This document shows, one piece after another, positions 1 to 7,100 of a DNA stretch of 8,309 nt (positions are counted from its first letter, which is position 1; every line of letters starts with the position of its first letter). Origin of the DNA: Nitrosotalea sp. GTDB taxonomy: Archaea > Thermoproteota > Nitrososphaeria > Nitrososphaerales > Nitrosopumilaceae. Location of the stretch: assembly GCA_050749405.1 (NCBI GenBank), contig JBOGRD010000002.1, positions 174,729 through 183,037 of the forward strand. The letters run 5' to 3'. Both the position numbers and the translations under genes were made by a program. The notes beneath the pieces were generated by a model. The model was not told where the DNA came from and made no database searches. It saw only the letters and a list, made by a program, of their open reading frames with translations.

Positions 1-852
1 GGCAACAACCGCATTGTAGAGTTTTACAACAATGATACTTTCATAAAATCATTTGGTTCCCTTGAATCTCTCCTATTGTCATTACCATCTAACGTCGCAC
101 TTGGCAGTAATGGCGACATATTTGTAGCAGATCAGGGAAATGACAGGATCTTGGTATTTGATAATGCTGGAAACTTCCTCTTTTCTTTTGGTAGTCAAGG
201 TACTGGAAATGGTGAGTTTAAAGCTCCATTTGGTATTGCATTTGATTCTTCTGATGACATTTACGTTGTTGATACAGGAAATAATAGAGTCGAGAAATTC
301 AGCAACACAGGCAGCTTTCTTTCAACGTTTGGAACAGAAGGAGCTGGCAATGGGCAATTACAGCAGCCTCTGGGCATAGCCATCGATTCTGTTGGAGATA
401 TCTACGTGGCAGATACTAACAACCAAAGAATTTCCGAGTTTAGCAGCTCAGGCACTTTCATACAATCATTTGGCACTGGTACGCTAAGCAAACCAAGCGG
501 TGTGGTATTTAATGCTGCAGGAAACTTCTATGTAAGTGACAGAGTAAAAAATAATGTCTACGAATTTAACAGTATTACCGGTTCTCTCATAAACACATTT
601 CCAAACACAAATTCTAGCGGAATCACTTTCAATATCCCATATGGAATAGGCTTTGATTTTCCAGGAAATCTGCACATTGCAGATTCTGGCAATGATCGTG
701 TCGTAGTCCTTTCAAGCACAGGACAGCTTGTTACTCAATTTGGCTTTCTTGGTAGTGGAAATGGTCAATTCAACACACCATCTGGTTTAGCTATCGATGC
801 TTCAGGAAATATCTACGTGGCAGATACAGGAAATAATCGCGTAGAAATATTT
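1..852 (+). repeat. NHL repeats (protein level): tail of one blade plus six complete blades, periods 126-144 nt
   Basis: Recurring pattern: hydrophobic-x-F-G-x-x-G-x-G-x-G-x-F-x-x-P-x-G-[IL]-A-[IF]-D-x-x-G-[ND]-[IF]-Y-V-[AV]-D-x-x-N-x-R-[IV]-x-x-F. Blade ends at nt 24, 159, 300, 441, 567, 711, 852. This matches the well-known NHL repeat signature. Confidence 0.88.
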
Positions 853-3528
853 TCTCCTACCATCATTCCGCGCTTAACAACTATAACGTTGAATAGTCCC
901 TCCACTCCATCAGTCAGATGGGGGCTTGATAGTGTCAGTATATCAGGTCACGCAACAGGTATTTCCAGCGGAGATAACGTCACGGTAAATTGGGGAGATG
1001 GTAGCACAACATCTGGCATTTTAGTATCTGCTTTTACTGGCACGTGGGGACCTGTAACTCACATATATCAAGCAGTAACATCTGGTCAGACCGAACAGAT
1101 AGTAGGAACTATTGTAAATAATGGAAATACGGTAGCTACAAGTTTACCAGTCTCTGTAAGTGTAATTGCCCATCACACGTCCCTTGCAATTGGTAACATT
1201 TTGAATGTGCCATTTGGAGGACTGATAACTGCCTCTGGAGTTCTCACAGATACCGATGCAAATTCTGGTATATCAGGCATGCCAATCACATTTTCAGGAA
1301 CTGGAGTTGGTGTACTATCACCTAAGACCACCACTTCTGGTGGATCATACTCGTCAACTGGTACTACAATAAATTCAATCTCAAGTGGATTACAGGTAAC
1401 TGCTAATTTTGCTGGAAATTCTCAATATCTCTTGTCTTCTGCAACAACATCTTCTACCTTTAGCACACTTCAACACCATGTTGCATTGTACCTCAAACCA
1501 ATACCAAATTCTCCCTGGAGTAGTACAATCACAATATCAGGCACACTTAACGATACAGATGGTGGAAATGTGGGAGTAAACGGAGAACCAATTACCATAA
1601 TAGGCAGTGGAATAACAAGCAGTCAGGTCATAACCACCAGTACTATATCAGGAAAAGCCGGATCATTTTCTACTACTGCAAGCACGACAAACAATGTTGC
1701 AAACGGCCTTTCTGTAACTGCAACATTTACTGGTGACTCTAATTATATTGGAAACAGTGCCTCCATAAGTTTTAGCACAATAGTGCATCGCACAAGTCTC
1801 ACTCTCAATCCTATTCCAAATGTAGCAGCCGGAGTAGCTATTACTGCATCAGGAATCCTTACGGATACTGATTCCAATGTAGGACTTGTAGGATCTACAA
1901 TCACCTTCAACGGGACTGGTCTAGATTCATTAAGCAGCACATCAAGTGGCCCGGGAGGATCATATTCTAGCAATGGTAATGCACCAAACGATATATTATC
2001 AGGACTTGCTTTGCAGGCACATTTTTCTGGCAGTCTATTATATCAGAATGCAGATAGCATAATCCAAACATACAGCACAGGTAATCCGCCATCGGTATCA
2101 ATCAATGCACCAGTCATATCTAATACGTTAGGAAATAACCAAGCAAGGTGGGGAATAGATACTGTATCCATTAACGGAACAGCTTCAAATGCTGCAATCG
2201 GTGATACAATTACAGTTACTTGGGGAGACTCTACTTCTGTTAATAACATCCCAATCAATTCTGGAAAGTGGAGTACTCTAAATCACATATATGGTTCAGG
2301 TGCAATAGGAACAAATCCCATAATTGCCACTCTGGTAAGTAGCGGTAACATAGACAAAACATCATCTGCACCTCTTTCGATCTCTGTATTGCAACACAGA
2401 TCTGTTTTAACGTTGAATACCATATCTAATGTTGGTGTTGGCGGTATCATTACTGCAACAGGTACGCTGACTGATGCTGATACAAACATTGGAATAGCAA
2501 GTCAGAGTATAACATTTACAGGAACAGGAGTTGGGACCCTAACTAGTGCAAGTACAAGTTCTTCAGGAGCCTATGCGGTAACTGGCACTGCTCTTACTTC
2601 TGCAGCTACTGGCCTGACTTTACAAGCCCACTTTGGAGGAGAACTCGATACATTGCCTTCCAGTAGCATAATACAAACTTACAATGTACTTCCAACCCCT
2701 CCATTCAGATTGATAGACAGTTACGTAATATTTGGTCTAGATGGTGTACATTTAGAACAAAACACAACAGTAGCTAGTGGAAATGTTGGAGAGCAGACTG
2801 AAGGATCTCAGATTCATATGGAACAGAGCTCGCAAGTCTTTTCAGGTTCTCTTGCAGGAGATATTCTGCATATTGAAAAAAACACGGTTGTAAACGATGT
2901 TTATTACAATCAACTACATAACGACGGCACAATTACAGGAACTAAAAACACCCCCCTGACTCTTCCTGTTTTAGCCTCTCTACCAGCCTTCCCTACTTTT
3001 TCTGTCGGATCCAAAAACATTAATGTAAATTCTAAATCCTCTTTGATACTGCAACCAGGTAGCTACAATGACATTTCAGTTAAAGATTCGGCAACATTAG
3101 AGTTTGTCGGCGGTACTTACAATATTAATTCATTATCGGTTGGTAAAGACTCAAAACTTTTGTTTGATGACAAATCTCAAATTCAAGTAAATGGTGCAAT
3201 TGATGGTAGCCAAGGAGATACAGTTGCCCCATCTTCATCAAACATAGATGCCACTGGGATTTTATTTTTCGCAAGATCTCACATTCATTTTGGCCAGTCT
3301 TGTATAATTTATGCCAATATGTATGCACCAAATGCCGAGATTCATTTTGAACAAAATACTGTTGCCACTGGCGCATTTATAGGAGATACAGTGCATGTTG
3401 AAAAAAATTCAAAAATTAATCTAGACTCCGACTTTGCAAATGTACCAACAATCCAGGTTACTATCACAGATCACAAACCCGGCGATAATCTTCCTGGTCC
3501 CAAACCCGGCGATAATTTTGGTCCATGA
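1..3528 (+). CDS. 5'-partial giant secreted/cell-surface protein: NHL-repeat beta-propeller + 2 PKD-like + 4 Ig-like modules + C-terminal beta-helix-like domain (1175 codons in window)
   Basis: Frame 1 is open from nt 1 to TGA at 3526-3528. The first 24 nt encode GNNRIVEF, the same blade-closing motif that recurs six more times (GNDRILVF, GNNRVEKF, NNQRISEF, KNNVYEF, GNDRVVVL, GNNRVEIF), so the true start lies upstream of the window. All overlapping ORFs are short shadows. Confidence 0.92.
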   Translation, partial: GNNRIVEFYNNDTFIKSFGSLESLLLSLPSNVALGSNGDIFVADQGNDRILVFDNAGNFLFSFGSQGTGNGEFKAPFGIAFDSSDDIYVVDTGNNRVEKFSNTGSFLSTFGTEGAGNGQLQQPLGIAIDSVGDIYVADTNNQRISEFSSSGTFIQSFGTGTLSKPSGVVFNAAGNFYVSDRVKNNVYEFNSITGSLINTFPNTNSSGITFNIPYGIGFDFPGNLHIADSGNDRVVVLSSTGQLVTQFGFLGSGNGQFNTPSGLAIDASGNIYVADTGNNRVEIFSPTIIPRLTTITLNSPSTPSVRWGLDSVSISGHATGISSGDNVTVNWGDGSTTSGILVSAFTGTWGPVTHIYQAVTSGQTEQIVGTIVNNGNTVATSLPVSVSVIAHHTSLAIGNILNVPFGGLITASGVLTDTDANSGISGMPITFSGTGVGVLSPKTTTSGGSYSSTGTTINSISSGLQVTANFAGNSQYLLSSATTSSTFSTLQHHVALYLKPIPNSPWSSTITISGTLNDTDGGNVGVNGEPITIIGSGITSSQVITTSTISGKAGSFSTTASTTNNVANGLSVTATFTGDSNYIGNSASISFSTIVHRTSLTLNPIPNVAAGVAITASGILTDTDSNVGLVGSTITFNGTGLDSLSSTSSGPGGSYSSNGNAPNDILSGLALQAHFSGSLLYQNADSIIQTYSTGNPPSVSINAPVISNTLGNNQARWGIDTVSINGTASNAAIGDTITVTWGDSTSVNNIPINSGKWSTLNHIYGSGAIGTNPIIATLVSSGNIDKTSSAPLSISVLQHRSVLTLNTISNVGVGGIITATGTLTDADTNIGIASQSITFTGTGVGTLTSASTSSSGAYAVTGTALTSAATGLTLQAHFGGELDTLPSSSIIQTYNVLPTPPFRLIDSYVIFGLDGVHLEQNTTVASGNVGEQTEGSQIHMEQSSQVFSGSLAGDILHIEKNTVVNDVYYNQLHNDGTITGTKNTPLTLPVLASLPAFPTFSVGSKNINVNSKSSLILQPGSYNDISVKDSATLEFVGGTYNINSLSVGKDSKLLFDDKSQIQVNGAIDGSQGDTVAPSSSNIDATGILFFARSHIHFGQSCIIYANMYAPNAEIHFEQNTVATGAFIGDTVHVEKNSKINLDSDFANVPTIQVTITDHKPGDNLPGPKPGDNFGP
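877..1170 (+). other. PKD-like beta-sandwich domain 1 of the 1..3528 CDS
   Basis: RWGLDSVSISGHATG..DNVTVNWGDGSTT..THIY; the W-G-D-G-S core (tgg gga gat ggt agc, 991-1005) resembles the PKD-domain WDFGDGS hallmark. Boundaries approximate. Confidence 0.6.
1171..2079 (+). repeat. Three tandem, diverged ~100-aa Ig-like (Big_1/invasin-like by eye) modules
   Basis: Modules start at 1171 (HHTSLAIGNI), 1474 (HHVALYLKPI) and 1786 (HRTSLTLNPI). Each contains [IV]T[AI]SG-x-L-[TN]-D-T-D-x-x-x-G-[IVL]..[PS]-I-T-[FI]..G-[ST]-G..S-G-L-x-[VL]-x-A-x-F-[AST]-G. Similarity is at protein level only. Confidence 0.7.
2080..2394 (+). other. PKD-like beta-sandwich domain 2 (paralogue of 877-1170)
   Basis: ARWGIDTVSINGTAS..DTITVTWGDSTSV..LNHIY aligns by eye with domain 1 (RWG[LI]D[ST]VSI.G.A....D.[VI]TV.WGD....HIY). 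Confidence 0.6.
2395..2688 (+). repeat. Fourth Ig-like module (paralogue of the 1171-2079 modules)
   Basis: HRSVLTLNTISNVGVGGIITATGTLTDADTNIGIASQSITFTGTGVG...GLTLQAHFGG...IIQTYNV shares the motif order of modules 1-3 and the module-3 ending (LQAHFSG...IIQTYST). Confidence 0.7.
2689..3470 (+). other. C-terminal beta-helix-like domain with six H-x-[EG]-[QK]-[NS]-x motif rungs
   Basis: Motifs VHLEQNTT (2749-2766), IHMEQSSQ (2815-2832), LHIEKNTV (2869-2886), IHFGQSCI (3286-3303), IHFEQNTV (3343-3360), VHVEKNSK (3394-3411). Spacing within each triplet is 17-22 aa. The central part contains L-x-P-G-x-Y-x-x-[IL]-x-V motifs (LILQPGSYNDISV, LEFVGGTYNINSLSV). The fold assignment is pattern-based only. 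Confidence 0.4.
3474..3516 (+). repeat. 16-bp exact duplication at 27-bp spacing encoding the Pro/Gly-rich C-terminal tail (KPGDNLPGP KPGDNFGP stop)
   Basis: caaacccggcgataat occurs at 3474-3489 and 3501-3516. It is in frame and sits immediately before the TGA at 3526. Confidence 0.85.
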
Positions 3529-3687
3529 AATATCTATGAACTGGATTCTAATTACTAAATATTGACAGCTTCAATGAAATTTACACAAATACAAATTTGA
3601 TCAACGTACGTGTAATTAATCTCAAGTATGACAAAAGTCAGTTTATTTGTATCAATTCATTTCATGCATTTCGCAGAAAGCCTTTGA

Positions 3688-3694
3688 TTTTTTT
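3688..3694 (+). terminator. Candidate oligo-T termination signal for the upstream CDS
   Basis: This T7 run is the first run of 5 or more T after the stop at 3528, and a second T5 lies at 3711-3715. Archaeal RNA polymerase terminates at oligo-T tracts. No supporting hairpin was seen and the run is ~160 nt past the stop. Confidence 0.25.
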
Positions 3695-3782
3695 ATTGAT
3701 TGCCAGCAAATTTTTCTATTGTTAATCAGATAAAAATTTGAAAATTATTTTAGTAGATAGTGGATAGAAAACCCCGCCCACT

Positions 3783-3884
3783 CTATTTTTGATAAATTTG
3801 ATCGTCTAGTTCTTGATATTCAGATCTGGCAACAAAAACTAGCCATTCCAAATCGGTATCTATGGCAGACATAGATGCCATCAT
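3783..3884 (-). other. 33-codon small ORF (MMASMSAIDTDLEWLVFVARSEYQELDDQIYQK), coding status doubtful
   Basis: ATG at 3884 (minus) to TAG at 3785-3783. A GGAGGT lies about 11 nt upstream on the minus strand, and GGGCGGGGTTTTC follows the stop. This length is easily reached by chance. Confidence 0.12.
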
Positions 3885-3944
3885 GGAACCCGATCTTACC
3901 TCCTAATTCCTTGCCCCTTAATGATTATTGTAATTTAACCAATC

Positions 3945-4046
3945 TTAATGATTGGTGGAATCCTTACTTGTAGAGTTCCGTCTACCCCAATGGTAATTGT
4001 AGATTTCAAATTCCCACCAATCATTTTCTACAATTTCATCGGACAT
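3945..4046 (-). other. 33-codon small ORF (MSDEIVENDWWEFEIYNYHWGRRNSTSKDSTNH), coding status doubtful
   Basis: ATG at 4046 (minus) to TAA at 3947-3945. It is in the same minus-strand frame as the 3783-3884 ORF but separated from it by three in-frame stops. Confidence 0.12.
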
Positions 4047-4088
4047 GACATTCCAGGTAAGGATTCAACCAATTTCAGAAATTGTATA

Positions 4089-4094
4089 GAGGAG
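4089..4094 (+). promoter_or_regulatory. Shine-Dalgarno-like GAGGAG 8 nt upstream of the proposed TTG start
   Basis: The sequence reads tataGAGGAGagaattatTTG. This is a partial complement to the conserved CCUCC 3' end of 16S rRNA. No convincing TATA/BRE was found at a suitable distance. Confidence 0.25.
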
Positions 4095-4102
4095 AGAATT
4101 AT

Positions 4103-4180
4103 TTGAAAGCAAAAATTTTTTCAATCTCTATCTTTTGTCTACTTGCAATTTCATTGTTGACAATTGCAAGTAATGATGCA
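4103..4180 (+). other. N-terminal signal peptide or signal anchor
   Basis: A K-x-K n-region is followed by the 17-residue hydrophobic core IFSISIFCLLAISLLTI, then ASNDA. Confidence 0.6.
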
Positions 4181-7100
4181 ACGGCAATGAATAACGAAAA
4201 CACAACGGTACAGAAAAATTCAACACCGGATCAGACAAATACAATATCGCAAAATTCCAAGAGTACAAAGCAAGTAGAAATTGATCTCAACGATGGAGTT
4301 TCAGTAAGTGCAAATGATCCGCAAAACCAAGGACATCATGATCTCCAATATGCCCAACCAATCTTACATCAGCAAATTGATCTGAGTGAAAAACTAGCTA
4401 TATCAATCAACAAACCAGGTGATGACATGATTATTCTTGTAAAACAAAGCTCTGACAATCTTACAACATTGGAAAGAATAACAGGTATAGATAGACTACG
4501 ATTTGATGGAAGAAAACTAGTAGAAGAAAAAAATGGATTAAATCTATCTGATCAAAATCAACTTGACATAATTTCCTATGCGCAGAATAAAATTAGAACA
4601 ATAGATGAGCTGACAATTAATTACATAGGTCAAGACATCACCAATTCGGTACACAAGTTTGCTCCACCACTAGGCATTCAATTGGATTCAATTGCAACCT
4701 CAATACAGCACCGTACTCAACTCATCGTTGGCAATTCATATGTGCTAGGAAATGATCTAACAGAGCTAGCTCATAGTGCTGCTGATCTAAAGAATCCAAC
4801 ACTGCTTATTGTGCTGGTGCCTCTTTCAGGCTATATCCTAATTCGCTCAGAAGGAACAGAGATTACTTTTTACAACTCAAAAAGATTTGTCTCTCTTGTT
4901 TTGTTTGTAATTATTATTTCATCTACTGTAATTGGACCAGTCTCTGTATCCCCAAGCTTTTTGGCGTACGCCTATTCTCAAGCTAATGAATCCAACACAT
5001 CTGCAATAATATCTGAACAAAATGTTTCACAGACCAATTCCGGTCTGAACTTTAACGGCTACTCCAACTCTACACAAGCACTCAACCTCAACGGCTACTC
5101 CAACTCTACACAAGCACTCAACCTCAACGGCTACTCCAACTCTACACAAGCACTCAACCTCAACGGCTACTCCAACTCTACACAAATCACTAGTGCTCCT
5201 AATGCAACACAGTCTTGGAATTTTGGAACCAAAAATAACAAAACCCAAACAATAGGCCAGATAGAACTCGATAATACTACAAACAGCACCGCGTTGCAGC
5301 TACAGGGCAACGGCTATCTAACAGCAAATGGTTCTGCTACAAAAGAGATCAAGGATCTGACCTTATCTGCATGGGTAAAGCCAGATTTTAGCCAGGGCTC
5401 GCCTGTATTTACAGTAATAAGCAAAGAGGGAGAGTTTGCTCTTTCTATAAACAACATAATTCCACCATACAAAATTGCCCAATTTTCAGTATTTGATGGA
5501 ATAAAGTGGGACACTGTAAACTCTACGGTACCAATTGGACAAACCTGGACAAATCTAGCTGCTACATTCAACGGCTCTTCTATATCACTATATGTCAACG
5601 GCACTCTACAATCCTCAGTACCGCTCACAAAAATGATGACCATCTCTGAAGATGGAAACCTTGCAACAAAGAACTCTACTGACTTGTCATCTAATGCAGA
5701 TATAGTAATAGGCGCAGAATATAACAGCATAAGAAAAGAGGCAAGCAGCCAATTCTCAGGCCTGATTAGCAATGTCAATCTTTATGATTCCTTATTAACA
5801 TCTCCTCAAATCAGTGATCTTTACAATCAAAATCTTGTCACATTTTATCCGCAATTGGCTCATGTAGTGAAAACCTCCTTACCAGCTAACTCGACTCTTA
5901 CCGACGCACTGGCTCTTCTAGATAACGTATCGCTGAATTACACAGACAACTCAAACATGACAAATTCCACGCTACTCAACTATACGGTATCTGCCAATTC
6001 CTTGAACCTAAATCCTACAGAGTCGGCATACAAGATAACAGATAATCCGGAGCTTCATTTCCAGTACGTTAACGATACCACTTTTGCAAAATTATCAAAG
6101 ATGGCTAAAATGTCAAAAGGAGGATCACAATCTGGAGCATGGCAAAGTAATAGTGAAGACATAAAGATCACACTTTTGGACCCTCATGGCAAAACAATAC
6201 CTGCAAATGCAACATTTGCAAAGATACGAGAAGGAAAGTTTGATATCACGATACCATCTGCAAGATATGGCAAACCTGGACTATACACTGCAATAGTAGA
6301 GCTAACAAAGGATGGCAAAAAATATGTGTCCCAGACCCAGTTCGCCTGGGGGCTTGTTATTGTAAACACAAACAAGAGCATCTACAAGCCAGGGGAGACG
6401 GCAGATCTTACCATCGTAGTATTAGATAATGGGGGACGCCCAGTATGTAATTCCCAGATATCGCTTGATATTCTTTCCCCAGATTTGACAAGCACACTTC
6501 TTTCAAGTGGTAACGGCATAAGTCGAGATAAATTATGCGGCGTATATGATGCGCAGTATCTTGTATCATCTGAAGGTAACTATACAGTAAATGTAACAGC
6601 TAGCACTCCAAACGGAATAACTCATTTTTCGACTTACTTTTTGGCCAAAAACAACTATGATTTTGATATAATCCGAACCGCGGACAGCAAGATTGACCCA
6701 ATAAACAACCCAAACCTGTTTAACGTCCGAATAGATATTGGATCTTATGTAAACACTCAGGGCCTAACCATAAAGGAATTTGTTCCTTCAGTGTTTAATA
6801 TAACAACAGATGGATCTGTACAGACAGTCGGTGACACAAAGGTTCTAACATGGAACAAAGACCTGGTTGGAAACAAGACATTTGTACAATATTCGTATTC
6901 TGTGCCGCTAGACTTTCCACAAATTTATGCATTGGGGCCTGTCCAAATTACATACGGCAGTGGAGAAAGCTTTACCGAGGCACGACAATGGTTTGTTGCA
7001 AACGACCCTGCAGGCACCATCGGTGAAGATGCCGCCCAGGGATTTACCACCAGTTCAGCTGCAAACTCTCTTTCTGGCTCGATAACAGTTGGAAACAATA

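Noticed and set aside
76-78. TTG at 76 as the start codon of the first CDS (as implied by the ORF track)
   Set aside because: Frame 1 is open back to nt 1, and nt 1-24 encode GNNRIVEF, an NHL blade-closing motif identical in type to the six downstream ones. The gene therefore begins upstream of the window.
140-3376. Short ORFs nested in the first CDS (140-379 +, 484-675 -, 1743-1973 -, 2043-2258 -, 2283-2489 -, 3125-3376 -)
   Set aside because: All overlap the strongly supported frame-1 CDS, encode low-complexity or odd peptides, and have no motifs. They are shadow ORFs.
3628-3687. 19-aa + strand ORF (MTKVSLFVSIHFMHFAESL) ending directly at the T7 run
   Set aside because: It is too short, has no ribosome-binding or promoter context I can support, and is probably coincidental.
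3593-3803. 10-bp direct repeat aaatttgatc (3593-3602 and 3794-3803) as target-site duplication or element boundary
   Set aside because: A 10-mer of this AT-rich composition is expected to recur about once by chance in a spacer of this size. There is no transposase or terminal inverted repeats between the copies.
3858-3881. Small overlapping hairpins (atctatg/catagat and atggca/tgccat)
   Set aside because: The stems are 6-7 bp and AT-rich, which is common by chance. They are not followed by a T-run in either orientation.
3783-4046. Joining the two 33-codon minus-strand ORFs into one pseudogene
   Set aside because: They share a frame, but the 60-nt gap holds three in-frame stops and neither half resembles anything I recognise. 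ORFs of 33 codons are expected by chance at this composition. The idea is kept only as a low-confidence note.
4083-4090. tgtataga as the TATA box for the downstream giant gene
   Set aside because: It lies only 13-20 nt upstream of the TTG at 4103. A start site ~25 nt downstream of it would fall inside the signal-peptide coding region and force use of the ATG at 4187, losing the N-terminal hydrophobic segment. It is not supportable without TSS data.
5027-5248. Minus-strand 73-aa ORF with an internal CRVGVAVEVECL x3 repeat
   Set aside because: It is the antisense reading of the 36-bp tandem repeat inside the + strand giant CDS. Its repetitiveness mirrors the + strand repeat, and it has no independent support.
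5314-5778. Minus-strand 154-aa ORF
   Set aside because: It lies wholly antisense to the region encoding a clear LamG domain on the + strand, so it is a shadow ORF.
6184-6381. Minus-strand 65-aa ORF
   Set aside because: It is antisense to the continuous + strand CDS, short, and has no recognisable features.
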